64,000 nt of DNA from Felis catus (GCF_018350175.1 NC_058368.1:45510001-45574000), one strand, 5' to 3'. Shown: positions 34,830 to 48,650, counted from the stretch's first letter. Notes: generated by a model not told the origin, from the letters alone. Numbers and translations: made by a program.

Positions 34830-37800
34830 GAGACTGGAGACCTCTTCCTTTCCCGACCCCATGTCTCATCCTCAGGTACTAAGAGGTATCAGAGCTGCTA
34901 GTGAGCAGCCTTAGTTTCCAGGAGAATTTTAAGACAGAAATCAGAATGCAGTAGAGAAGGTCCTTAAGACAAATACTTCACCATGATGAGGACTCTCCCA
35001 CTCAAGTCTTATTAGCCACTCTCTCCTTTCACTTGTGCTTTTACTTTAAATGACACGTCTTTAGTATAGACCGATTGTGTGCAGGGCTTTAAAAAAATCT
35101 TGATCTTTAGAGTTTATGATAATGGGTAAGAAACCCCAGTATATCTTTTAAAGATATTCTGTTAAATAGAGATATATTCTTGGACACCATTGGTCAAATT
35201 CCCCCTTGAAGGTATAGAGTTTTCTAATACTCAGTGTACAATTGGAACCAAATGAGATTAATCAAAATACATCATGTAAGGATCTGTCTACTCAGATCTC
35301 CCACATGACAAATTTCACATTTTGCAATAAACTAACACATTTTAGGAGGTTCCTGTAAAAAACCTCTGCACTGGAAATTATGTTTACTGAAGAAGAAAGC
35401 AGGACCTGTTTCTTTAACCTCTCAGTGCCTTGGGTCACAGAGTGGGGTTATGACACAAGTGAATAGAGAAGTTTATTGACTTGTTCAAAGTCAAACAGCT
35501 CATAAGACAGAAGTTGAATTCAGATCTGTTTGACTCAAGCCTTAATTATCAACAACGGATAGATGGATAAATGGATGAGCTGGTGGATAAAGACACTATT
35601 TACGTGTATGTCCATATACATACAGATACACACTCCTTGAGTACATAAATATATAAAATGGGTGTATGAATATATAGCACGTTAATGTATTTCTATGTTT
35701 TGGAATAAAGTAAAAACATGGATAATTAACTTATGGAATAATATATTTTAAAAATATTTAAAACCTGGCATTTTAATTTCAATTCATACTGAAGTCTATA
35801 ACTTAGAGGACATGAGACATTTTACAGAATGCGAACAAAATAACTGAGAGTTTAAACTGCTCTTTTAGTATGTGTTTGTGACTTCCCTGAAGGCAGATGA
35901 AGTCTTCCCCTTCTTTCTGTCAATGGTGTATAACAGGAAATTAGGGGAGGTTTGGACTGGCACGGATTGGCGATTACACTGCTTACTGAAATACTTTGGA
36001 ACAAATTCTATAGTCCTATCAGATAATTGTCAACAGAATGTCCCAAAGGATACCAACTAATACTTTCCTTTTATAGGGTGTATACAAACAGTTAGATATT
36101 GTGTTCATGGAATCCTCTCTTTGCCTAGGGTTTTGGTGAATACAGAAGCATTTCTGTAAGAAAAGAAACTTTAACTGAATGCCAGTCTTTTCTGCTTAAT
36201 TCACATTTGTTTTAAATATCTATTGTTTAATTCATGTATTTGTTGGTATAAGTAAGAACACTAAATTTTTGATGTTGGAACTCTTTAATCACATTATCTT
36301 ACAATTTTAGTGTCAGTAAATATCACAATCTATATTATGTTATATGAAACAAAATATTTTTCGTTTCCAGGAATTGTTCTCAGGTAACTGATGTGGGTCA
36401 ATACAACTTTAATAACTCTCCAGTAGTTTTTAAAGACTGTTCCACGATAGTATTGTGTGAATATATACGGTCACATATTCCTGTGTTGTCATTTGATGAT
36501 CATGAATTAATGAATTTTACAGTCCTCAGTTCCAAAGGTTATTACTAAATATAGAATTTCTTTTTTATAACAACAAGATTGTTATAGATTTGTTTTAAGA
36601 AGATACTCTGGCAACTGGCAAAGGTCACGGTTGCATTTAAAAACAAAACTGAACAAAAGGAGAAGAGCTAGAATAAAGAAAACGAGAGCAACTTGCAATC
36701 ACACAGAAGACAGATACATCAGGCTACATTGTCATATTTCAGCTCCAGATCAACTAGGCTGCCGGAATCATCATGAACATCTGACACGTTTAGGTTAAAG
36801 CAAATGTTTGCGCATGACAATGACTAGGAAATACCAGCTAAATGATTGTGTACAAGTACAGTCCAACTTTAATGCTTGGTAATGTCATAATTATATTTGG
36901 GTTTTCTTGGTGCTGTTAAGAAAGGAAAGATTTCATCTTAAACTGCAATTAAAAGATTTATAATAGTTGTTATAAATCCAAGTACTGAGATTACTTAAGA
37001 GGAAAAATTGCTTACAATCAGGGAGATGACGTTGTAAAATTACAAAGTTTAAAAAATTATTTAGTGAAACATTTTCATAATAAAATGTTTTCGATTTGGA
37101 TATTTTATGGACAAATGCTTTCCTCCTTGAATATGATGTGCACAAATAAATGCAACAAATAGATTAGTAGCATGAGAAAAAATTTACAATGTCAGCACAT
37201 AAAAAGTACTGTTATCTACCTTGTATGAGAGTTCTACGATTTTGTATTTCTTTGAATATTGAACTTCTTTGAGAGAAGCAGCAAAAACCTTTTGGTGTTT
37301 GTAAGGGGATTTAGGTTCATTTTTAAAGATCTCTTTCAAAAAGACAGAGAGATTGTTTAAGACTATAAATGTCTTTATTGGAATTATGCTCTTACCCTCA
37401 TTTATTTTAACAAGATTTGTAATGCATTCTGGCCTTTGATCTCTTAGTTTGAAACACTGCCTGTTGTTCCATTATTCCGCCATCCATTTGCAGATAACAA
37501 TACATCAGAACCTTTTTCTTGCTACAGAAACAATGCCCTTTATTTGAGAAAGGACATTGTTTTGACAGATAAAGTAGGCATTTGATAAATTGAAACAGGT
37601 TCTGAATTATTTTGAGGGGAATGTGTGCTACATCTGTCCGCTGATTTTCCACTGAAATAGTGCTTAACTTTCTTGTCTGTTTGTGATTTATTGAGCTACA
37701 GAAAAGGTTAGGAAAATTTCATGGCTCTTCTCATATAATTTGTAAGTGAATCAAACAGCATTTGTTAATGTTTATGATACGTAAAAAGGCAAAATTGCTC

Positions 37801-38399
37801 CCAAACATTTATTCACAATATACATGGTAGTGACAACTAAAACAAAAGGAAAGAGAAAGAGAAGTATTATTCTCCATTAGTGAATTCCACACTAGAGAAA
37901 AAGGAACACCAAGATAAAACTATCATCCCAGTAATTTTGAGTGTATGGAATTTCAAATTAGGTCTCATGTTAATAATTTACTCTTACAATAATGCAGATA
38001 TAGCACTATTAGAAAAACACAAAACGCCACTAGGAATGACCCCTAAGATACATTTTAAGAGCTTTGAAGAAAAATTATCCTTATAGCTTATATATTTTTT
38101 TTCTAAATGAGTTTATAACTTTCAGAGTTCTTCCTTTAGTAATATTGAAGATTTCCCTTGAAAGGGCAATTATAGTCAAAGACAAAAACTTCCCAACTAA
38201 AAATTATTTCAAGTGCTAAGCATTCCACCAATCACAAAATTTTAGAGCATTTCCAAATTGATAACCTGCTCTCTCCCATGTGAGAACATAAAATGGGTTG
38301 ATTTTGATAGATAGAACTATGTTCTCGTGAACTTTACTATTAAGTATTCAAAAATTTAAAACCTATTTTTAAATTATTTTTGAATCTAGTTACCCATGC

Positions 38400-38520
38400 A
38401 GGCTTTAGGTAGGCAGAGACAGAATTATCAGCCCCATTCAACAGATGAGGACACTAAGGGAGAAAGATATAAAGGTCACAGAACTTTGGAGAAGGTACTA
38501 TGGTGAAAGACTCTTTCACC
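38400..38520 (-). mobile_element. MIR relic
   Basis: ATTATCAGCCCCATTCAACAGATGAGGACACTAAGG...AAGGTCACAG. Confidence 0.65.
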
Positions 38521-39314
38521 TTCTGTCCAGTATTTCCTTTTAGTGGGCTGACCACCAAGAGATGCATAAGGCTTAAGAGTGAGATGCCCTCAGGGTGCCC
38601 GGGTGACTCAGCTGATATTTCCTGTTGCTTCTTAAGTTTCGTCTTCTTCTCCTTCTATCATCAGAGCATATCTCTCTTTTCTTTCTTCTTCCCATCTCTC
38701 CCTCCCACCCCAGTGTGCACACGCGCACACACACCCATACACACCCCCACACACTTCCTGATCTTGAAAATGCCAAATCCAGTTTGGCTGAGGTAATCTA
38801 TTCCTGAAGATGCAAGCATGACTGAATTCCTTATTTCTATATTCTTTTTGAGTCACTTCTATACACACTTCTATAATGTAGCTTAATGTATAAGTAATAC
38901 ATCCGTTGTCCAAATATGTAGCCATCGGTGGTTATAATTACTGTTTATCATGTTGCCACTTCCCACCCCTATCAAAGTTTCCGTATGCATTCTGGAGGGT
39001 AGGAAGTTCTGTAAGAGTAGGGTAATTCATTAAGTTAAATAATACCAAACACTAATATCATAAGTATCAGGCATATTTCTAGCTACTGGGAATTCAGGAG
39101 TGGTCAAAACACTCAAAAACTTGCCCTCATAGAACTTAATTAATTCCTAGCTTTTAAAGGATATAGCCTCTCCATTCTCCTCCCTCCCTTTTTTCTTCTT
39201 CCTCCTTTCTTCTCCCTTCTCATTTTATTCATTCATGTATTTATTCATAGAGCCATTCAGTAATAATTTACCAGGCATTGTTGCAAGGCACTAACTTAAG
39301 AAATAGCAACACTG

Positions 39315-39457
39315 GGATGTGAGTGCAACTGGCTTTGCCATCTGTCCCCCCATTGATCTCCAGGGATGATTCAGGTGATCTGGCTGGCTAGGTGAGCGTC
39401 CCCTTCCTCCCTCAGCGTTCCATGCGCGTCCCTCCCAAAGTCATGCTCTCGGTGGAA
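39315..39457 (+). pseudogene. RN7SK: 7SK snRNA retropseudogene, 3'-truncated (about the first 140 nt), no poly(A) tail
   Basis: GGATGTGAG...CATCTGTCCCCCCATTGATCTCCAGGG...TGATCTGGCTGGCTAGG...CCCCTTCCTCCCTCA...CATGCGCGTCCCTCCC matches the 7SK 5' half from nucleotide 1. TSD GAAATAGCAACACTG (39300-39314) / GAAATGGCTACACTG (39455-39469). Confidence 0.95.
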
Positions 39458-40091
39458 ATGGCTACACTGAAGACAACTAGCAGTACATATGCCACATAGA
39501 GACTGTACCTTATTTTCATTTCATAGACTGAAATATGAACTCCATTCCACAACAGCCACCTCTCTATCTGGGGTCTGAGAGCAATTCATCTGATTAGCCT
39601 CTCCTAAGATCACATGGTGAGAAGCATGAAAAGATGTTGTCATGTGATGTGAGAGCCCACAATATACTCCTGATAAAATAAAATTTGAATAAGTGTACAC
39701 ATACACCCCTCCAATGATATTTGACCAAAAATAATAAACTATGTTTTTTTTAACTTCTCAGTTTTTGTTTTAATATTTTAAGATCAATGGGACAATTTCA
39801 CTGAACTGCCTGTTAGTTTTTCTTTCTTTAAAGTAGAAGAATTAAAGACCCATTCTTAATTTGTTAGTAATGTACAGAAATTGCTGTGCTTTTGGGGAAA
39901 CAAAGACATGCCTTTCTTAACAACTATGCTGAAACAAAACACAGGCTCTTTCTTCCCCTCCAGAATCTAGACGGCACTCTCGCTACTCCTGTCCCTATCC
40001 CTTCCACACACACGCTGAGCAATTTATGTTTCCATAAGCCAGAATTTTTTCCTCTATTTATTTGTTCCTTTTGCCTATAATTCCTATAACC

Positions 40092-40268
40092 CCAACTTTC
40101 TCAGCTTTGGCAGTAGGAGACAGATAATTCTTTTTCAAGGGTGTGGGTAGAGCTATCTTTACCATTATAGGATGTTTGAAGCATCCCTTAGCTCTGCCCA
40201 CTAGATACAGTGTAGCATTCCCAACTACCTGCTTGTGAAAATCAAAAACATTTCCAGACAAGGCCAAG
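40092..40268 (+). mobile_element. MER20 (hAT-Charlie) DNA transposon
   Basis: CAGATAATTCTTT...ATTATAGGATGTTTGAAGCATCCCTTAGCTCTGCCCACTAGAT...AAAAACATTTCCAGACA. Confidence 0.8.
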
Positions 40269-40880
40269 AATCTTTTAAAATGCTAAATTTGCATCTGGTC
40301 AGCCATCACTGCTTCAACCCCATCTCCCTGGCCACCAACTACTCACTCTTTAAGACATACCATATGATTAAGTTCTTTGAAGCTCTTCCTGGCCTTCCAA
40401 TTACAAATGAAGACTCCAAGCTTTTGCTTACAATGTAAAGTGTTTTGCTTTCTCTTATTTCACTTATCTAATGGTACCCCACACCATATTACAGGTTTCC
40501 CAGGGGGAAATGTTTATTTATTTAATATTTTTAACATCCCTGAATCCTGTTAGCTAGTAAATGTCTATTGCCCAAATTCATGAATGAGGGGGGAAAAAAG
40601 AATAAAGATGCATAATTATGAGAAATAAAGAATCCTGCAAAAAATTATTATCCGAGTACATGAATGTACTATTTTTAGATAGCAAATAAGATAAGGACTT
40701 GAAAACTGTAAACTGCTCTGCAAAAGAAAACAATTACGATACACCTACTAACATTCATTCCTGGACTGTTTCTCACGGAAGCAACAAAATTCAATTTCAG
40801 TTCAGATTATGTCAGTGAGGTATGCTTTCGATGCCCAGGCTAAGCAAAATACTACCAACATCTGTGGAAACTTCAAACTA

Positions 40881-40882
<2 letters not shown>

Positions 40883-40934
<52 letters not shown>
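40883..40934. repeat. (GT)26 microsatellite
   Basis: Read directly. Confidence 0.98.
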
Positions 40935-40936
<2 letters not shown>

Positions 40937-43900
40937 CAAATGGCCACGGTAACCATTATGAGGGCCTGGTGTTATTTCAGTAAGAGGCTTGAATTAGACT
41001 ATGAGAATGTAACTGAACAGTATTTCCTAGCCTAATTACTATTTACATTGGCTATCAATAAAATTTGTTTCTGTGATACATCTGTTACTAGAAATAATAT
41101 TTTTTTACTACATTTCTATCAGGCATAAAACATCTGAACTATCTACTGATGAATACTAATTTCAAATGGACTTCTATTCAGACAAATGTGGAAACTAAGG
41201 TTGTAATTATAAATTGCATTTACTTATTAGGACTCTCACCCCTAATCCTATATACTTCCTGTAAACTAGATAATCCTTAAAAGGAGATTTTTATATATTT
41301 TGAACACATACCTATGTAGCATTATGTTTCAATTATTCCCCCAATGTTTTTAATTTTCAAAAATCAAGATTTTAGCAACAATTTAGAAAGTTTTTTTCTC
41401 TTAAACAGAAAGTCAAATGACTAAACTATATTTTTAAACATTATTTTATAAGAAAATGACTATCATTCCCTCAAACTTTCAAATTATAATCACTTTTTGT
41501 GCTTCAACCTTTTAAGAAAAGCTTCTATAATTGGCTTATGTTCAAAGGATATGAAAAAAATATGTATTCATTAAGGTGTCAATTAAATTTCAGAAATAAT
41601 TTTTAAAGTGGAAAACAGAACAAGCAAGAAATGTAATTAGAAACAAAGGACAGGATTACCGCTGAATGAAATGTCAAGCTAAATTCCCAAAATGATAGGT
41701 AGTTTAAATATTAAATTATGTATGAAACATTGTAAAGAATAAATATGTACATAACTTGTGATGGATAAAACCTTTCAGTATTTAAACCTAATTCAAGTGA
41801 ATTTTAGTAATTAATCTTGAACTTTCCCTAATAACGATTTTATGGAAACTGTCAAAGTGAGTTCTCTGTTCTGTCCTTCCTTTCTGAAAGATATCACTCA
41901 CAGACAAAACCAAAAAAAAATGCTTTAAGAAAATCTGAAGAAGCTTACTATTCCTACTAAAAGAAGTTGTCCATATACTTCTCAGTTTCCTTAGAGATTG
42001 CATTCAATACACTCACGCTGTTTAAGTTTCAGTCATTGAATGACCACCAGCTCTTTCAGCCAACTTTGTATTTAGTTCCATTTATTCTGGCAATTGCTAT
42101 TTTCTGCAACTAGTTTATAGCATGGACAGATGGTTTCAGTTGTAGCTACATCTGGGTACAGAATTACAAAAGGTTGTATCTATACACTGCACCCTTTTTG
42201 AGAAAAAAATAAATGAACATGTCAAAATAATCTTGAATTATTAAGGATCTTGGAGACATCTTATACAATCTCCCATTTCAGGTAAAAATCCCATTTCCAA
42301 CATACTTAAACTCAGGTATGGCAAAGCAATTTCTTACATTACTGGACAATTTTAAATGTTAGAGGAAACACCTGTGTTTGAAATATGCTTTCATATGTCT
42401 TCTACTCACTGGTCTTAGATTTTTCATGTAGAACACTGAAGCTATCCCTAAACTTACCTTTTTAATCTTAATGTCAAGTAACAATTGTAACTGAGTTGTC
42501 TATTTTATTAATTATTCCATTTTGCCTCAACAGTTTTTTTTTTTTTTTGAGTTGTAGGCAAGGCTACAATTGTAGGCTGTTGTGCATTGGAGCAAAATGC
42601 CAGAGGTGCTACCTGTGTGGTATTATTATGGTTCTCATCTCCTCAGTTTGGCTGTTGGCATATATAGCTCATAGGTGTTAGGATCTTTTACCCTGAAGTG
42701 CAGAAGATTGATCTAGACAAGCCTTTAAAATAAGATAACACTAGTGATTTCAAATTACTCCCTTATGTTTCAGGTGAGACCAGACTCCTCTATGATTCCT
42801 GGTACAATGTATGTTTTCTACACTTCCCCCTCATAAATCTTGCTATTTTAGGATAATAGGTCAGGAACCCATATTAACGCTGACTTGCACCACACTTAGG
42901 TAATGAGGAACCAATACTGAAGAAATTCTAGAATGAGACCACTTAGAGTTCAAGTGGCTGAGGAATATCTCCCTCTGCCTTTTCTACGGACATACTTGTG
43001 GTTGACCCTGTGGTTGTACGACTTTGCAAGGTGAGGATTTTGGAGTGTGCATTCTCTTACATTGGTTTTATCCTCATTAGCAGTCTAAAATATGTTAAAA
43101 TGCCAGATTTCACCAAATTTCAGTCCCCTTAGCTATAACATAAGAAACAAAAACATCAGTTCTACAGGACATAAACTAAAATGTGATTGGATGCAAAGAT
43201 TATCAAGGCTCCTGTACAAGGGAACATGCAAAGTTTCAGAAAATTCTTCATATTTTGAGAATAAAAGTTAAAAGAGATAGGAGAGTGGGATCCACCTTCC
43301 TCTGCATAGTATTCTCCAAGAATCTGCAAGAAAACATCCCTGGCCAGTTTACTAAAGCCTCTTAAAATTAATCGGAGAGCCCTAAACTAACGGCCATCCT
43401 CATCTGCTACTTAGCCATGTCTTGACCAATGATACGGCCACATTTTTTCCCCTTGTTGTGCTTCCCTTGTTCCTTTCCCCCACTTAAGCTATGCTCAGAT
43501 GCTGAGATAAAGGTATTATGAGTCTAGGACAAAAGTCGACCCAGGGTAGACCCTGTTCCCACATGTTCTAAGCAGACCCTATCCACACCTCTGAATCAAT
43601 GAATCTGTGGACAGCAAAGCCTTCTCCAAACATTCTGAAACATCACACCAGAGGCAGACATATTATTTTAGCTTTCTGATAAATGCCCAAAGAGCTGACC
43701 TGCATACTTCCTAAATAGTCCACATACCCAAACACAGTCCTTGAAGCATTAAACACACAGAGGATGCAAATAACCTCAAAGGAAGGGCTCTCTCATGCCC
43801 TCTTTCATCCACAGGGCCTTGTCCATTTCCCTGCATCCAGTAATTGCCAATGTGTTTCCTCCACAGTTTATATTACTTATTCCTCTCGTGTCAGAGTACT

Positions 43901-44613
43901 TTTTTCTCAAAAAGATATCTGATCTTTTAATAGCATTCTCTTTCAGTGATATGCAGAAGAGAATTCTCAAGGGCCTGTCCTAATTTTGTGTCTGCTTTAT
44001 GGGATGGAATCGTGGGTGGTAGCTTCTAACTCTGAGAATACTTGGCTAAATCATTGTACCTTGTGGGAGGCTTAGATGCCTACCTGCAGAAATGAAGATA
44101 TTTTTTTTCTGAAGAATTTATAAAGGAGGCTGATTCTTTAACTCAACTTCCAGGGCAAAGTGAAAAAAAAAATAAATAAATCCAACTCTAGTTAAAGAGA
44201 AGCAGCTAAAGTGAATTTATTGATTAATGTAACTGGGATGTTCAAAAGAAGTATCTGGCTTCAAAAAGCACTCAAAATATGTCTTCAAGGATCTATGATT
44301 CTCTTTCTCTCTTTTTTCTCTACTCTCCTCTGTGGTAGTCTCATTTTTAGGCAAGGTTTTTCCGTGCAGTTGGCTAAAATGATCACCTGCAGATCTAGAC
44401 TTATGTTTTTCTTTCAACTAGTAGCCTGAGATAAAAGAAAGGATCTCTCTCTCTCACTCTTATTTATTTTTTTATTTATTTATTTACTTATTTATTTGAC
44501 AGTCTGAGGAAGTCCTAGGGATGAATTTGTTCAGCCCACTTAGGGTTATGTGCCTATGGCTGGGATTCTATGTTTTACCTGTTCTTTAACAAATGATCTT
44601 AGTGTATGGAAAG

Positions 44614-44614
<1 letters not shown>

Positions 44615-44653
<39 letters not shown>
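44615..44653. repeat. (AAT)13 microsatellite next to a MIR-like relic (about 44655-44850)
   Basis: Read directly; accounts for the poly-Asn in ORF 44606..44824. Confidence 0.95.
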
Positions 44654-44654
<1 letters not shown>

Positions 44655-45408
44655 GTCACCATTTGTACATACCTTGCCATTTTCAGAGATTATCAATATG
44701 CATGCACTATTTGAGCCTAAAAATAATACTACCAACACACAGGCTAAACATTTTATCTAAACTGAAGATAAGGAAAACTGTCAATGAGAGAAGTGACATC
44801 ACACATTCCTGGTCACATAACTGATTATTTGGACAGTCTGGAATGAAATGACAGTCTCTTCATAGTAATCTGGAAAAGAACACTAGTGTGGAGGCCAGGA
44901 TTTGGATAGTTGTTAGAAACTGCAATTAACTAGTGTTATTTCTGAGTTATTTGTGCAAGCCCAACTGTTTTGTTAAGCAGGAAATTTGGGATAATTCAAA
45001 ATGTATGAATTAGAGGACCCCAGACAAATGGATTAATACTCCCTACCTCAAGATGAGCACTCCCTACTTTGATTGTGAATTTTAGTATTAAGATTTAAGG
45101 ATTATACCAGATGAATATGAAATGAAAGCAGTCTTCATTTTTTTCTAGTAAAGTTTCATGATACTTTTGTTCATTTATTATTCATTTATTTTTCTAATTA
45201 GATAGAATTGTTTGAGTATCTCAACATTACTAGCTATCTTTCAAAGAGATATCCAGGTAGGAGTAGGTGATTGTAATAGGGAAAACAGAAAGAAAAAGAG
45301 TGTGACTGTGATGTTAAAACTTGTGGATGTTGATGTATCTGGATGATTTAATTCTGAGGACTTTAAATAAATGTGAGAAGTGACTCTTCAAAAAGGTAAA
45401 TGACTTTA

Positions 45409-45640
45409 GGGGCGCCTGGGTGGCGCAGTCGGTTAAGCGTCCGACTTCAGCCAGGTCATGATCTCGCGGTCTGTGAGTTCGAGCCCCGCGTCAGGCTCTG
45501 GGCTGATGGCTCAGAGCCTGGAGCCTGTTTCCGATTCTGTGTCTCCCTCTCTCTCTGCCCCTCGCCCGTTCATGCTCTGTCTCTCTCTGTCCCAAAAATA
45601 AATAAACGTTGAAAAAAAATTAAAAAAAAAAGAGAAAAAA
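45409..45640 (+). mobile_element. Young felid SINE (SINEC_Fc type)
   Basis: GGGGCGCCTGGGTGGCGCAGTCGGTTAAGCGTCCGAC with CpGs intact and a long A tail. Perfect 18-bp TSD AAAAAGGTAAATGACTTT at 45390-45407 and 45641-45658. Confidence 0.98.
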
Positions 45641-46919
45641 AAAAAGGTAAATGACTTTGAGAATAAAGGATTAAGATGGTCATGTGTTGAAGTAAGTGGG
45701 CACATCTTTTCTCAGTATGTCCCGTAAAGTATGTCCCACAACTTAACAGAATGAACTGCAAGGGTGTTAGAAATGGTGTCTCAAGTCCATGCCACTTTGA
45801 CACCAAGGTATTTGGCTAACAATGGCTGAAGTGGAGCTCTGGCTGAGAGGCAAGATGGATGTTAATATACCACTTCTGTGGTTCCCACCAAACTGTTCAA
45901 ATGAATCGCTGATGCCATTTGCAAATCTGGTTGGAGGGCAATATGGTATCAGGAGGACTTAAGAAAAAAATAACCTTGTGGTATTTGCTAGTCAGCACTT
46001 TTGAGGTATTTGATTCTACCTTAGAAGTACTGTCCCATGATGCTCAAGGACACTGAGAAGAGTCTGGGAGCCAGAGATTTAGAGAAAAAAAAATCTGCCA
46101 GTACCCAATTTCTACATTTCACCGTCCATAAAAGTGACCAATTTATAATCAGTTCAAAACCGCAAACCTCTAGAACTAGCATACATTGACTGTTTGGGTC
46201 TTAGAATAAGCACCTGGACAATATTCTGATAGGGACAGATACTTTTAATTACTATGTCCAGTGATATTCTCTCTGACATCAGAAAGCCTAAATAATGAGA
46301 TGATTGGTTAATAAAAATTCTCCATTTAGCCTGCACTCAAGCCTATTTGAAGAGAGATATTTTGAGAGTCAGTTTCTATGAAAGTATTTTAATGAGCAAG
46401 AATGAATGATATAAAGTCCTTCTCAGACCATTTAAATAAATCTAACCTCCAAAATGAAATAGATTTGTTAAATGTGCCGAGAAATCTATGTCCAAAAGGA
46501 AGCACTGAAGCCAACACAAATACATCCTAGCTCATGCACTTGAGGGACACCAGAAGCCCCCTCCTAATTGCTTAATATTCAAGATGGTATCTTAAATTTA
46601 ATGCTCTTTGTCTTGTCACTGGCCATAAAAGGAAGGCCAGCCTATTCTCACATTATGTATCAAAGTAAAATAACTCAGAAAACCATGGCCAAAAAATGTT
46701 AGTCGAATGATTTAATACCATATCTTTTTTCAATTTGTTTTACGAAAAGAATGTCTGCTTTGCCATTGGTTGACTATAGGTGTTTGTAAATTATTACTGT
46801 TTGGCATGAAACCAAATTTTACCAAAATATTACTTTACCTAGTACTTTACTAAACCACAGGACATATCTCCCATTGTGGAATCAAATTCCAAAATTTTTA
46901 AAACATTTTTTAAGACGAC

Positions 46920-48650
46920 CTAAGAGAAATGGAACTGACACAATTGGTTATCCTGAAGAAAACATAAAAACTAGATCATCAGCATGCACAAAAATATATT
47001 CAAAAGAAATATAAACCAAAATATAATAAGCAAAAGAAAAATCTATGGAAGAAAATTTAGGTTAATGCTTTGGCCTTAAGATAAGGATTTCACAGACAAA
47101 AATCTACAAGGCCAAATCCCTTGTCCCAGTACTTCCAATCCCTAATTTCCTTTCCAATATATAAAATGTATAATATGTAAAACATATATATTACATATTA
47201 TCAAACTATATGTAATGGCATGGCATTTAACACCGTTTACTACAAAATTTCCTTGTTATCTCTGTTGTTTGTTATCTCTTTCCTTCTGCTAGAATGTAAA
47301 ATCCATGCTGAAATTTCTATGCTTTGCCCGTTTTATGCCATCATGCATTCCTTGCACCAAAAACTGGAAAGGTCTGGAATTTTATGCCTATTACAAGCTA
47401 AGAAACATACTCATGGCAAAAGACACAACACTCTGGGCCGAGGAATTTAATTCTCATAGAACTGCAAGCACCAAGAGCATCAGCATTTTTGTTTATGTGA
47501 CTTCCCATTTCCCCACCCAAGTTCCAAGGGGGTAATGTGATAGGGGCACAGATGAGTCCTACAAACACAATGGGTTTGTAATAAAGCTAAGGAAAACTGA
47601 GCTTAGGGAATTTGCCTTCTTTAATGAGTGGTAAGCAAGCTTTCATTCTGTGAAGAGGATGGCATGACCTCATCCCTCAGAGTGGCTTACTGCAAACAGG
47701 ATCCTGAGGAGTGCCTCTTGTAAAGAGAAACAAAGGTTTTCTATTCTTGGCATGCACATTAAGAACATGCAGTCATGCTCAGTGGCCATGGAGCATTGTC
47801 TTGTCCAAGAGATCTGTGTGTGGAACATAGTAGAAATTGACAGTCATTGGAAAAAAATAAATACATGAACAGACTGAAAAATCTGAATACATTACACTTT
47901 TAAAAACCCTACGTTGTAACTCCACGAAGAAAGTGAAAGTTAAGTACAGGCTGTGCAATAATATTTACAGAAGATTAATAATGAGAGTAAATAAAGACAG
48001 AATCTGAAAATCATTAAGAAAAATACATACGAACCAGCAGGGAAGAAATGGAAAGGATAAGAAATAGAAACCCAAACAACCCATAAATATATGACATTTC
48101 CAAACATCAAGAGTAATTAGAGAATTGAAAAGTGAAACTTTATTAAACACTTTATGTTTTAGTTTGAATTTTTTAATTAAAAATATCAAGTGGTGGTGAG
48201 AGAAAGGAATGCTTATCAGAAGGAAAATAGAAAAAATATAAAATATTCATAAAGCCAAATACCATGTAGCAGATGAAATAAACAAAGATGACATATATCA
48301 ACATGTGCAAGTATCAAAAGCATAATGGTGAGTGAAAAGAGGAACATGTGGGCAAAATATAAGGATTTAAAACATAAAAATAATAGTAAAATTATTTATA
48401 AATGCTTGCATGCATAGTAAAATAGTTAATATCCAGCAGAGTAATAAATATCAAACTCGGGGAAGTGGTTATATCTAGAGACGGAGAGAGGTGAATGGAA
48501 TTTGATTTGTGATAATAAAGGGCTCTTATTAAATTCTTAGATTTTTAAATATTAAAGGCAAATAAAAAAGTTATATTTTTACAAATAAGAATAAAGGCTG
48601 GACATCCTACATATCGGTCCATATGCTAAAACATTTCATTATAAATAAAA
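46920..48650 (+). mobile_element. Highly decayed old L1 (L1ME-like) fragments, interrupted at about 47100-47830
   Basis: A-rich L1 3'-region motifs (GGAAGAAAATTTAGG; TCAAAAGCATAATGGTGAGTGAAAAGAGG; TCAAACTCGGGGAAGTGGTTATATCTAGAG). Confidence 0.6.
47400..47810 (-). mobile_element. Probable ERVL-class LTR relic (MER74-like)
   Basis: CCTCATCCCTCAGAGTGGCTTACTGCAAAC...ATTCTTGGCAT...AAGAACATGCAG...GCTCAG...CCATGG resembles a remembered consensus. Family not certain. Confidence 0.5.
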
